Source of the DNA: Candidatus Taylorbacteria bacterium RIFCSPLOWO2_01_FULL_45_34b
Lineage (GTDB): Bacteria; Patescibacteriota; Minisyncoccia; Phycocordibacterales; DSPV01
DNA length: 26,569 nt
Direction: 5' to 3'
NCBI GenBank assembly: GCA_001822675.1
Contig: MHRY01000044.1
Span: 1-26,569 of the forward strand
Shown here: positions 6,833-14,989 of the stretch, piece by piece
Numbering within the stretch: position 1 is the first letter of the stretch
Layout: each line of letters starts with the position of its first letter
Notes under the pieces: generated by a model
Told to the model about the DNA's origin: nothing
Seen by the model: the letters and a program-made list of their open reading frames with translations, nothing else
The model's database searches: none
Position numbers and translations under genes: made by a program

Positions 6833-7270
6833 GCGGAGAATATGATAGCATGTTTTCTTGTCATGCCAGCTACAACTTTTTCGATTTGAAAAGTCGCAGC
6901 CCCCGCCTCCTTACGCTTCGCTCCAGTCCGGCTCGGACATTGTGAAAAAGTATTGTCGTCACGAGTTACTAAGTATTTTGCTTCGACAACTCGCAAAATA
7001 CTAAGTGCTCGCGACCCCGCCTTGCCCGTTTTTGTTGGTACAAAAACATGGCTGCGGCTCGGACAAGATAGAAAAGTCTCAAGCAGTTGAGATTTTTCTA
7101 TCTTGTCCGCCCACCTGGATTCGGCCGCGACTCAAACCTCGCCGCCGCTCGGTTTGGTCTGGCCACCGCCTCGCGATTTTTGCTACTGCAAAAATATCGC
7201 TCCGGCGTTCGAATCCAGACACCCCGCAAGCAGTTGCGGGGTTGTGGGCGGCCAATATTCAGAAATATTG

Positions 7271-7342
7271 TCCGCCCACCTGGATTCGAACCAGGGACCT
7301 TACGCTTAAGAGGCGTTTGCTCTACCAACTGAGCTATGGGCG
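7271..7342 (-). tRNA. tRNA-Lys (anticodon CTT)
   Basis: Minus-strand read CCGCCCA-TA-GCTC-AGTTGGTA-GAGC-A-AACGC-CTCTTAA-GCGTA-AGGTC-CCTGG-TTCGAAT-CCAGG-TGGGCGG-A. Canonical cloverleaf. CCA is not encoded. Confidence 0.85.
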
Positions 7343-7451
7343 GAATTCTTATGTAGCCCATAGAGAAGTCCTAACTGCTTGCCCCGTAGTGAGCTTGCTC
7401 TACTACTGGGGAGCTATGGGCGGATTTGGAAAGTGTAAGATGAAAAATACA

Positions 7452-7604
7452 AAGTGTAAAGGTTTGGCCAAGCTCTCAAATGTTGTGCTGACGCCTCATA
7501 TTGCTTCCGGAACAATCGTCGCGAGGGAAGAAATGGCTCACATGGCGGCGGAGAACCTCATCGTCTTTTTTGAGGGTAAGGTGCCGCCAAATATAGTAAA
7601 GTAG
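7452..7604 (+). pseudogene. C-terminal remnant (~50 aa) of a D-isomer-specific 2-hydroxyacid dehydrogenase
   Basis: LAKLSNVVLTPHIASGTIVAREEMAHMAAENLIVFFEGKVPPNIV matches the conserved C-terminus of the D-2-hydroxyacid dehydrogenase family. No catalytic or NAD-binding domain lies upstream; the upstream DNA is tRNA-derived debris. Confidence 0.5.
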
Positions 7605-7646
7605 AGGAGGTATCCTAAAAATTATTTGTAGTGTATAATTAAAAAC

Positions 7647-7901
7647 ATGGTTCAAGTTCAATTTGATGAAGGTCCGCAAATGATGTCGAGTCGCGGGGCT
7701 TTCAATAAGAAGTCTTCGGGTATTACAGTGTGGCTTATCCGGAAGCAAATAATAAAAAGTGAGCGGCAGGCGCAGATGCTTCTCATTGGAATTTTTATTA
7801 TCTGTGCGGGGCTTTCCGTTTATTTTTTCGCCAAGGCATTTAGTTCCCCGAAGATTTCGAGTGTTAATCCTCCCGGCGCGCCTCTCCATACGAGCCTTTA
7901 A
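7647..7901 (+). CDS. Hypothetical small membrane protein
   Basis: 84 aa with one predicted TM (LLIGIFIICAGLSVYFFA). No clear RBS. Weak call. Confidence 0.25.
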   Translation: MVQVQFDEGPQMMSSRGAFNKKSSGITVWLIRKQIIKSERQAQMLLIGIFIICAGLSVYFFAKAFSSPKISSVNPPGAPLHTSL

Positions 7902-8034
7902 TTTTTTGGTTGATTTCCATCATGTTTTCATATAAAAAAAACTTCAGAAAAAAAGGTTTTACCCGAACGAATTTCTTGGAGAATAATGGTTGCTCAAATG
8001 TATAGGAACGAGTAGCTCGTATTTAAATAAAGTT

Positions 8035-8535
8035 ATGTTACGTTTAAGGAAAAATTCGCGCGGGTTTACCCTGATCGAGCTTCTGGTGGTCATTTCAATT
8101 ATTGGCCTGCTTTCTTCGGTGGTGCTTGCAAGTTTGACCAGCGCGCGGGTGAAGGCGAGGGACGCGAAGCGGAAGGCTACTTTACATCAACTTGCAACCG
8201 CGAACGAGCTCTACTTCAATGATGTCGGAAGCTATCCTTGGTTTAATGGTTGGGTTCACAATAGCGCGCCCTCCTTTGGCGGGTTGGTCCCTGCGTATAT
8301 ATCGACTGTACCATACGACCCTCTTTATCCTGGAGATTCGAATTATCAACACTGGAGAAAGGATTATCGGGGGTATACCTGTATGACCCTCAATGACGCA
8401 AGTAGATATGGTTTTTATGCAAAACTAGAGAATCCTTCAACATCTGACCCAAACTATATTTCACCGACTGTCGGGGACTCTTTCGATAGATGTGTGGCTA
8501 CTAACTGGGAAATGAATTACAAAAGGGGAAATTAA
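8035..8535 (+). CDS. Type IV pilin / pseudopilin with a prepilin N-terminal cleavage-methylation domain
   Basis: Start at the internal ATG at 8035 gives MLRLRKNSRG^FTLIELLVVISIIGLLSSVVLA, a class III signal peptide. The ORF as listed extends to 7990. Confidence 0.8.
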   Translation: MLRLRKNSRGFTLIELLVVISIIGLLSSVVLASLTSARVKARDAKRKATLHQLATANELYFNDVGSYPWFNGWVHNSAPSFGGLVPAYISTVPYDPLYPGDSNYQHWRKDYRGYTCMTLNDASRYGFYAKLENPSTSDPNYISPTVGDSFDRCVATNWEMNYKRGN

Positions 8536-8634
8536 ACTCTCGATACTTTTGTTGTGTAAAAGCCCAGAGCCTCGCTTTGCTGGGCCTCGGGCATTCGCAT
8601 TGATTTTTTCCTCATTCCATATATACTACCGAGT

Positions 8635-9342
8635 ATGCTTACGTTAGAGGCAAAGAAACGCGATACGTCAAAAAAACCCGACTCTTTCAGGCGCACGGGT
8701 GTTCTACCGGCTGTTTTTTACGGCCGCAAAGAGAAATCAACACCTATTTCACTTGCGGAAAAAGATTTTCAAAAAATTTGGAAGGAAGCTGGTGAAACCA
8801 GCGTCATTTCGCTTAAAGGCGAGTGGGGAGCTCTTGAAACGCTTATAAACGATGTTGATCTCCATCCTCTAACCGGCACGCCACGCCACGTTGATTTTTA
8901 CGTTATTGAAAAAGGCCAAAAAGTGAAGGTCAAAGTGCCACTTGAATTTACCGGTGTTTCTCCGGCTGTCAAAGAGTTGGGGGCCATTTTAATCAAAGTG
9001 CTCCACCAACTTGAAATTGAGGCTGAACCGAAGAATTTGCCGCGAAGCATTGATGTTGATATTTCAAAACTCGTTGATTTAACCAGTCAAATTTTGGCCA
9101 AAGATATTGTTTTGCCGACGGGTGTTATACTTACGGTAAGTCCGGAGGAGGTTGTTGCGTCAGTTGCAGAAGCGAAAGAGGAAGAAGTGGTTGTCGCTGA
9201 ACCAGTTGACCTCTCCGCTATCGAACTTTCAGAAAAGAAAGGCAAGGAAGAGAAAGAGGGTGAGGAGGGTGTCACGCCAGCCCGGAGTTCCGACGGAGGT
9301 GGGGAAGCCCCTTCGAAACCAAAAGCTCCAGAAAAAAAGTAA
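8635..9342 (+). CDS. rplY: 50S ribosomal protein L25 / general stress protein Ctc form (bL25) with an acidic/Lys-rich C-terminal extension
   Basis: FRRTGVLPAVFYGRK...ISL...GEW..L..D..LHPL......HVDFY matches the bL25 signature. Confidence 0.85.
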   Translation: MLTLEAKKRDTSKKPDSFRRTGVLPAVFYGRKEKSTPISLAEKDFQKIWKEAGETSVISLKGEWGALETLINDVDLHPLTGTPRHVDFYVIEKGQKVKVKVPLEFTGVSPAVKELGAILIKVLHQLEIEAEPKNLPRSIDVDISKLVDLTSQILAKDIVLPTGVILTVSPEEVVASVAEAKEEEVVVAEPVDLSAIELSEKKGKEEKEGEEGVTPARSSDGGGEAPSKPKAPEKK

Positions 9343-9386
9343 GGGTCTATTTGAAACCGAATCGAGGCTCTTACGAGGGTTTCTGT

Positions 9387-10703
9387 ATGTTTTTTACAAT
9401 TCACAAACCAGTTCTTTTTTTTATATACGTGGCACTTTGTTTCGGTGCCATCTTTTCTCCTTGTACATTCGTTTTCGCTCAAAATGGCGATGATGTTTTG
9501 AATCGCCGGGCACAGCTTGAAAAAGACCTCGCGGCGCTCCAGGTTGATATTGATGCCCAGAAAAAAATTTTGGAAGATCGTCAGCGTGAGCGGGTTTCAC
9601 TGGAGCGCGACGTGGCGATTCTCGATGCCAAAATAGAAAAAGCCAGACTATCCATCAAAGCGCGGAATCTCGTCATTCAAAAACTAAAGGGAGAGATTGG
9701 AGGCAAAGAACAGACGATTGGCAAGCTCGAGCAAAAAATCGAACGGGGCAAAGACTCAATGGCTGGACTTATCCGAAAAACAAACGAGCTCGAATCATAT
9801 TCCATAACCGAGCTTTTGCTTGCCAACCGGAATTTGTCTGATTTTTTCGCTGACGTCGATTCGTTTGACTCGATACAGCAGGCGCTCCAAAGTTCCTTCA
9901 GAGAACTTGAGGTTGATAAAATTGAAACACAGGCGCAAAAAGATTCACTTGAGGAAAAAGTTTCGGAAGAAATTGACCTGCGGAAAATTCAGGAACTTGA
10001 AGCCAAACGCATCGGCGAACAGGAAGCTGAAAAGAAAAAGATTCTGACTGTTTCGAAGGGTGTTGAGGCGAACTACCAGAAAATTATCAACGAAAAGGAA
10101 AAAAGCGCTGCTTCGATTCGCGCCGAACTCTTCGCCCTTCGCGGTTCTGCCGCTATTCCGTTTGAAAAGGCACTTATGTATGCGAATGCCGCGACGCAAA
10201 AAACCGGCGTTCGCGCCGCGCTCATTTTGGGCATCATTGCCGAAGAGTCGAATCTTGGAGAAAATGTGGGGACGGGAAGCTGGCGCGTGGACATGAAAGT
10301 GCCGCGCGATACGGTGCCGTTCATCGAGATCACCACGCGCCTCGGGCTTGATCCTGACAAAGTGCCGGTTTCAAAAAAGCCGTGGTATGGCTACGGTGGC
10401 GCCATGGGTCCCGCACAGTTTATTCCGTCCACCTGGGTTCTCTATGAAGACAGAATCACCAAAGTGACGGGACACAATCCACCAAACCCGTGGGATCCGG
10501 AAGACGCCTTCACTGCTTCCGCTCTGCTTCTTATGGACAACGGTGCGGCGAAAGGAACCTATCAAGCTGAACGTCTCGCCGCACTCCGCTATTTAGCAGG
10601 CTGGGCGAATGCCGGAAAAAAAGCCTACGCTTTTTATGGCGATGATGTTATGGAGTTAGCCGAAAACTATCAAAAACAAATCAATATTTTGGCAGGGAAT
10701 TAG
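9387..10703 (+). CDS. Secreted coiled-coil protein with a C-terminal lytic transglycosylase (SLT/MltB-like) domain
   Basis: Signal peptide MFFTIHKPVLFFIYVALCFGAIFSPCTFVFA from the ATG at 9387, which follows a GAGGG RBS. An alternative ATG lies at 9351. About 250 aa of heptad-rich sequence is followed by GYGGAMGPAQFIPSTW, the transglycosylase active-site region. Confidence 0.7.
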   Translation: MFFTIHKPVLFFIYVALCFGAIFSPCTFVFAQNGDDVLNRRAQLEKDLAALQVDIDAQKKILEDRQRERVSLERDVAILDAKIEKARLSIKARNLVIQKLKGEIGGKEQTIGKLEQKIERGKDSMAGLIRKTNELESYSITELLLANRNLSDFFADVDSFDSIQQALQSSFRELEVDKIETQAQKDSLEEKVSEEIDLRKIQELEAKRIGEQEAEKKKILTVSKGVEANYQKIINEKEKSAASIRAELFALRGSAAIPFEKALMYANAATQKTGVRAALILGIIAEESNLGENVGTGSWRVDMKVPRDTVPFIEITTRLGLDPDKVPVSKKPWYGYGGAMGPAQFIPSTWVLYEDRITKVTGHNPPNPWDPEDAFTASALLLMDNGAAKGTYQAERLAALRYLAGWANAGKKAYAFYGDDVMELAENYQKQINILAGN

Positions 10704-10734
10704 AGGATTTTTACTTATGGTTTACAAAGTAACT

Positions 10735-10751
10735 ACGAGGTCGAACCTCGT
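10735..10751. repeat. REP hairpin ACGAGGTCGAACCTCGT (outer, left of the RAYT element)
   Basis: 7-bp stem with a CGA loop. Confidence 0.7.
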
Positions 10752-10772
10752 CACCTATTTTTTGTGTTATAA

Positions 10773-10811
10773 TTATACCATAAAAAATCTCTCTACAAGG
10801 TTCGACCTCGT
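10773..10811 (+). repeat. Left flank module of the RAYT gene: 15-nt direct repeat ATTATACCATAAAAA + 7 nt + REP hairpin ACAAGGTTCGACCTCGT
   Basis: The same module (attataccataaaaa-N7-cgaggtcgaacctcg) recurs at 11478-11515 on the other side of the gene, in the same orientation. Confidence 0.75.
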
Positions 10812-11467
10812 TTTTCGTTGTAATGAAGCCAATCCCGTATTGTTGTCTCAAAATCTGCCACCGTTTCAAAATATCCTGGGAAAGCCTTGCGTTCAAGAAT
10901 AACTTTTTCCGGCCTGTCCACTAAAAGAAAGTCCTGATAACTTGAGTAGGAGTAGTTTTTAAGGAAGGAAAGGGCCTTCTTTTTATTCACGATGCCCGTT
11001 TCTTTCCACGTAGATTCAATCAGTTTGATTGGGTTTAGGTGGATATACGAAAATAAATATTTCATGTATTCGTCATTATCTGCGTATTCAGCTTTAAATT
11101 TTCCTTGGAAAAGTGCTCCCGTGCGTTCCTCTTTTGTATTAAAATACATAGTATAGGCTGTGGAGAGTTTTTGCATAAATTTACTGATTCCGCCTTCCAT
11201 TTTCTCCCGTACAAGAAGGTGGAAATGATTTGGCATACAACAGTATGTTCCTATATCAATAATAGTTTTTTCTCGGTCTTGGCCGAGCATAGAATTGAGT
11301 GACCAATCAGAGTTGGTAATATGAACCGGGTTTGTACTATTGCACATATAAAGAAGTCCGATAAAACGTTTGTAATCACGATCAGCATTAAAAATTTTTC
11401 TTTTGTCCGTGCCTCTGTTATAGACATGGTAGTATCCATCTATAGAGATTTCAATATTTCTGGTCAT
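10793..11467 (-). CDS. REP-associated tyrosine transposase (RAYT; IS200-like Y1 HUH transposase family)
   Basis: 224 aa. YHVYNRG ... CMPNHFHLLV (HuH) ... GALFQGKFKA ... YIHLNPIK ... YSYSSYQDF (catalytic Tyr region). The motif order and spacing match the RAYT/TnpA_REP branch rather than the short IS200 TnpA. Flanked on both sides by REP hairpins. Confidence 0.85.
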   Translation of the reverse strand: MTRNIEISIDGYYHVYNRGTDKRKIFNADRDYKRFIGLLYMCNSTNPVHITNSDWSLNSMLGQDREKTIIDIGTYCCMPNHFHLLVREKMEGGISKFMQKLSTAYTMYFNTKEERTGALFQGKFKAEYADNDEYMKYLFSYIHLNPIKLIESTWKETGIVNKKKALSFLKNYSYSSYQDFLLVDRPEKVILERKAFPGYFETVADFETTIRDWLHYNEKRGRTL

Positions 11468-11477
11468 GTGAGAAAAT

Positions 11478-11515
11478 ATTATACCATAAAAAGTGTGTTT
11501 CGAGGTCGAACCTCG
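11478..11515 (+). repeat. Right flank module of the RAYT gene (direct repeat + REP hairpin CGAGGTCGAACCTCG)
   Basis: attataccataaaaag-tgtgttt-cgaggtcgaacctcg. Read on the minus strand, the direct repeat gives TGGTATAAT, an extended -10, 10 nt upstream of the RAYT ATG. Confidence 0.75.
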
Positions 11516-12007
11516 TAATTGGCGGGTTTATGTTCTGGTGCAAATACAACCTGTACCCTAGACTATGAACGATAGTGTTTCTGCTACTGCCACCTTCACC
11601 AAACAGATAACCTACCACACTCTTACTATCACAAAGACCGCTTACAGTGGCTCAAGGGGCACCATTACCTCGTCACTTTCTAGAATCTCTTGTGGTTCCC
11701 CTTGCTCTGCTTCCTTTGTATCATTGGAGCCTCACAAAAGTACCATTAAGCCTCCTTACCGTAAATTCCACCGTTACCCTTACCGCTACGGCACAGCTGA
11801 TTATGGCAACACCTTCGCAGGTTGGAGCAATGTCCTGACTATGCAGGCAATCAATGTATCGTTACTATGACTGGAGCTAAGTAGTGTGGGGGTGGCGTTT
11901 TTGAGGTAGGGGGAATGTTGTACTTGTCATTATTAATACCCGTAGCTCTGCTACGGGGAATTGACTTGATTGCAATTTTTCGATGTTTTGGTATAGTGGT
12001 TTCCACT

Positions 12008-12304
12008 ATGAAATCCGATATACACCCAAAATACTTTGGAGAAGCAAAAGCTACCTGCGCCTGCGGGGTGGTGTATAGTGTTGGCTCAACAAAAGAAAAG
12101 ATGGAAATTGAAATCTGCCGTTCCTGCCACCCGTTTTACAGCGGCGCCGAAAAAATTATAGATACCGCCGGCCGCGTCGAGAAATTCAAGGCTCGGGCTG
12201 CGAAAAAAGTCGTCACTCCTCCTAAAAAGAAAGAAACCAAAGTTGAAGTTCCTAAAAAAACTCCAAAGAAAGCGGCAGAAAAACCAGCAGAAATCAAAGC
12301 GTAA
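12008..12304 (+). CDS. rpmE: 50S ribosomal protein L31 (zinc-ribbon type) with a Lys/Pro-rich C-terminal tail
   Basis: MKSDIHPKY...CACG...CRSCHPFYSG from the ATG at 12008. The 5' extension to 11915 is non-homologous. Confidence 0.9.
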   Translation: MKSDIHPKYFGEAKATCACGVVYSVGSTKEKMEIEICRSCHPFYSGAEKIIDTAGRVEKFKARAAKKVVTPPKKKETKVEVPKKTPKKAAEKPAEIKA

Positions 12305-12371
12305 CAGTCTGTTCTCTAACCCGGCCAGCCGCAGTCGGGTTTTTGTGCTATGAGACTAAATTTTAACCTCA

Positions 12372-13346
12372 ATGATTGATATTAAAAAATACAAAGAGAA
12401 TCAAAAAACGAACTATCTCGCCGAGACTTTAGAGCGGCTGCTTTTTGACGAGGCTGAAACATTGAAAATGCTTGAGAGTGATCCTAAACTTGTCGATCTG
12501 GCAAAAGGTGAACTTGAGACAATCACGCTTCAAAAAGAGGCGTTAATAAAGCAAATGGACGAAATTCTAGAGGTGGAAAAGAAGGAAGAAGAATTTCCAA
12601 ACGAAGTTATTTTGGAAGTTCGGGCTGGCGCCGGCGGTGAAGAGGCGGCTTTTTTCGCGGAGAAACTGGCTTCGATGTATCAAAAATATGCCGACCGTAA
12701 GGGCTGGTCATTTCTGCCGGTTGACGAGTCGCGAAGTGAGCTTGGGGGTTACAAGGAAGCTTCGTTTGAAATTCGAGGTAAAAATGTCTACAAAGAACTT
12801 CGTTTTGAAACCGGCGTTCACCGCATTCAGCGCGTACCGCCTACGGAAAAATCCGGCCGCGTGCACACTTCAACTGCCTCCATCGCTATCCTACCAATCC
12901 GCTCCAAAGGCGCTATCGAGATAAGCCCAGCTGACATTGATATGGAATTTTCACGCGCCGGTGGCAAGGGCGGGCAGAATGTCAATAAGGTTGAAACGGC
13001 GGTCAGATTGGTGCATAAACCAACTGGCCTTTCGGTACGTTCCACATCCGAGCGAAGTCAGGCACGTAACCGCGAAAAAGCCATGAACATTTTGACGGCC
13101 AAACTCCAACTTTTGAAGGATGAGGAAGATGCCAAGAAATTTTCTTCGGAGAGAAAAGACCAAATTGGCACCGCCGATCGCTCCGAAAAAATCCGCACTT
13201 ACAACGTGCTCCAAGACCGCGTGTCCGATCACCGTATCAAAGAGTCCTGGCATAATATCGCGGGTATTTTTGAGGGCGATATTGCCGGAATCGTTGAGGC
13301 CGTCGGCGAGAAGCCTTTGGGCGCCCCCTCGGAAGACGAGGCTTAA
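12372..13346 (+). CDS. prfA: Peptide chain release factor (class I, RF1-like)
   Basis: GGQ motif ([22 protein letters not shown]) and an RF1-type tripeptide region [14 protein letters not shown] (PxT rather than the SPF of RF2). Confidence 0.78.
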   Translation: MIDIKKYKENQKTNYLAETLERLLFDEAETLKMLESDPKLVDLAKGELETITLQKEALIKQMDEILEVEKKEEEFPNEVILEVRAGAGGEEAAFFAEKLASMYQKYADRKGWSFLPVDESRSELGGYKEASFEIRGKNVYKELRFETGVHRIQRVPPTEKSGRVHTSTASIAILPIRSKGAIEISPADIDMEFSRAGGKGGQNVNKVETAVRLVHKPTGLSVRSTSERSQARNREKAMNILTAKLQLLKDEEDAKKFSSERKDQIGTADRSEKIRTYNVLQDRVSDHRIKESWHNIAGIFEGDIAGIVEAVGEKPLGAPSEDEA

Positions 13347-13526
13347 AAATCTTGCCTCATAGGCCGTAATCTGCTACACTCCACACGTATGGATCGTATG
13401 GATCCCGTTAGAGACGGTACGAATGTATAGTTTTTTCGAGAGAGCCATAGCATATTTATTAGGAAATAGCTTATATCTTATAACCAGACATCGGAAATGA
13501 GTTTCTCATTTCCTGTCTCTAACGGG

Positions 13527-14258
13527 ATGGAAAAAGACAAAACGCTCCCGAATGACCCTCTTATCGAAGCCCTTTTTAAGGCTGGTGCTCATTTTGGCTA
13601 TTCAAAATCCCGACGCCACCCGACCATTGCCCCCTACATTTTCGGCGTCAAAAACCACGTCGAAATTTTTGATTTGGAAAAAACCAAGACTCTTTTGTCG
13701 AAAGCAAAGGATTTTGTAAAAGGTCTTGGTGCGCAAGGCAAAACCCTCCTTTTTGTTGGTGGCAAAAGCGAAGCCAAAGATGCAGTGCTCAAAGGTGCCA
13801 CAGTCGTTGGTATGCCTTACGTTGCGGGTCGATGGATTGGCGGTAGTTTCACTAATTTTGCCAATATTCGCGGCCGCGTGGATCGCATGGAGACGTTGGT
13901 CAAACAGCGCGAGAAAGGTGAGCTTACCAAATACACTAAAAAAGAGCGGCTTCTTATTGATAAAGAAATTGAAGACTTGAAGCGATTTTTCCTCGGTCTC
14001 GCGCCGATGAAGGAATTGCCGGCGGCTATTTTTGTCATTGATGCCAAGCATGAGCGCATCGCGGTTGCTGAAGCACGGAAGACTGGTATTCCGGTTGTCG
14101 GACTTCTCGGATCAGACTGCAATTTCAAAGATGTTACGTATCCAATTGTCGGTAATGATTCATCGATTGCGAGCATCACATTTTTCGTGGATGAAATTGT
14201 GAAAGCGTACGAGGAAGGAACGAAAGAAAAGAAAACCCAAAACTTAAAGCAGGATTAA
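13527..14258 (+). CDS. rpsB: 30S ribosomal protein S2 (uS2)
   Basis: LIEALFKAGAHFGYSKSRRHPTIAPYIFGVKNHVEIFDLEKT matches the uS2 N-terminus. Probable start is the ATG at 13527 (MEKDK). The ORF as listed opens at 13497. Confidence 0.9.
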   Translation: MEKDKTLPNDPLIEALFKAGAHFGYSKSRRHPTIAPYIFGVKNHVEIFDLEKTKTLLSKAKDFVKGLGAQGKTLLFVGGKSEAKDAVLKGATVVGMPYVAGRWIGGSFTNFANIRGRVDRMETLVKQREKGELTKYTKKERLLIDKEIEDLKRFFLGLAPMKELPAAIFVIDAKHERIAVAEARKTGIPVVGLLGSDCNFKDVTYPIVGNDSSIASITFFVDEIVKAYEEGTKEKKTQNLKQD

Positions 14259-14383
14259 ATTTCCAAGTAGCAATTTTCAATTTTCATTGAATTTTCAATG
14301 TTTTAATTTTTAAAATTGACACATTTCTGGTTTTGATTGAAAATTGTAAATTGAGATTTTTAGATAGTGTAAAATACATACAA

Positions 14384-14977
14384 ATGATCAGAGAGACAAC
14401 AACGGAACAGATAAAAGCCTTGCGTGATTTGACTGGCATTTCCGTTATGCAGTGCAAAAAAGCGCTGGAGGAGGCGAAGGGCGATGTCGAAAAGGCCCTT
14501 ATTATTTTACGCAAGAAAGGCGCAGAGATCGCGGCTAAAAAATCAGATCGAACATTTGGCGCGGGCGCGGTCGCGTCTTACATTCATGGTAATGGCACAA
14601 TCGGGGCGATGGTGGAATTGTCCGCGGAGACCGATTTCGTTTCAGGGAACGAAGCTTTTCGTTCTTTGGCCTATGACATCGCCATGCACGTGGCCGCGTC
14701 TGCGCCTGAATTTTTGAAAAACGAAGACATTACGATGGAAAAGCGCCAAGTCGCACTCCAAGTTTTTGAGAAGGAAGTTTTGGACAAACCGGAGAATCTT
14801 CGCGAGAAAATTCTCGAAGGTAAATTGGCCTCCTATTTCAAAGATAAAATTTTGCTTGAACAGCCATTTATCAAAAATCCGGATTTGACCATCAGGCAGG
14901 TCATTGAATCCGCGATCCAGAAATTCGGCGAGAAAATAGAAGTGGCTCGTTTCGTACGTTTCAAAGTTGGTTCTTAA
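14384..14977 (+). CDS. tsf: Elongation factor Ts (short form)
   Basis: TEQIKALRDLTGISVMQCKKALEEAKGDVEKALIILRKKG UBA-like N-terminus, then the EF-Ts core. Immediately downstream of rpsB, the canonical rpsB-tsf pair. Confidence 0.85.
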   Translation: MIRETTTEQIKALRDLTGISVMQCKKALEEAKGDVEKALIILRKKGAEIAAKKSDRTFGAGAVASYIHGNGTIGAMVELSAETDFVSGNEAFRSLAYDIAMHVAASAPEFLKNEDITMEKRQVALQVFEKEVLDKPENLREKILEGKLASYFKDKILLEQPFIKNPDLTIRQVIESAIQKFGEKIEVARFVRFKVGS

Positions 14978-14989
14978 GCATAATATTCC

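Larger units (their letters stand above)
10730..11520 (-). mobile_element. RAYT locus bounded by direct-repeat+hairpin modules (IS200/IS605-like single-gene element or domesticated REP-RAYT unit)
   Basis: The HUH transposase gene lies between two same-orientation 40-nt modules (10773-10811 and 11478-11515), with an additional hairpin at 10735-10751. Homologous palindromes are dispersed elsewhere in the window. Confidence 0.7.

Noticed and set aside
7005-7604. Treating the 199-aa ORF as one intact gene
   Set aside because: Only the last ~50 residues resemble a known family (2-hydroxyacid dehydrogenase C-terminus). The upstream 150 codons run across tRNA-Lys, which is on the opposite strand, and tRNA-derived fragments. 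Called a gene remnant instead. ORFs 7087..7332, 7098..7361 and 7103..7309 are likewise translations of tRNA DNA.
7476-7889. 137-aa minus-strand ORF
   Set aside because: No motif. Overlaps the dehydrogenase remnant and the small plus-strand ORF. Composition looks non-coding.
9087-10565. Assorted internal or antisense ORFs within rplY and the transglycosylase gene (9087..9482, 9152..9493, 9820..10047, 9945..10199, 10060..10296, 10073..10360, 10371..10565)
   Set aside because: Nested in or antisense to well-supported genes.
11565-11870. 101-aa Thr/Ser-rich ORF (and nested 11647..11838)
   Set aside because: Low-complexity product of a strongly C/A-skewed region. No RBS. Kept only as a finding about the unusual region.
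12637-13362. ORFs inside or antisense to prfA (12637..12924, 12827..13045, 12951..13253, 13120..13362)
   Set aside because: Overlap the release-factor gene, which has GGQ and PxT motifs in frame.
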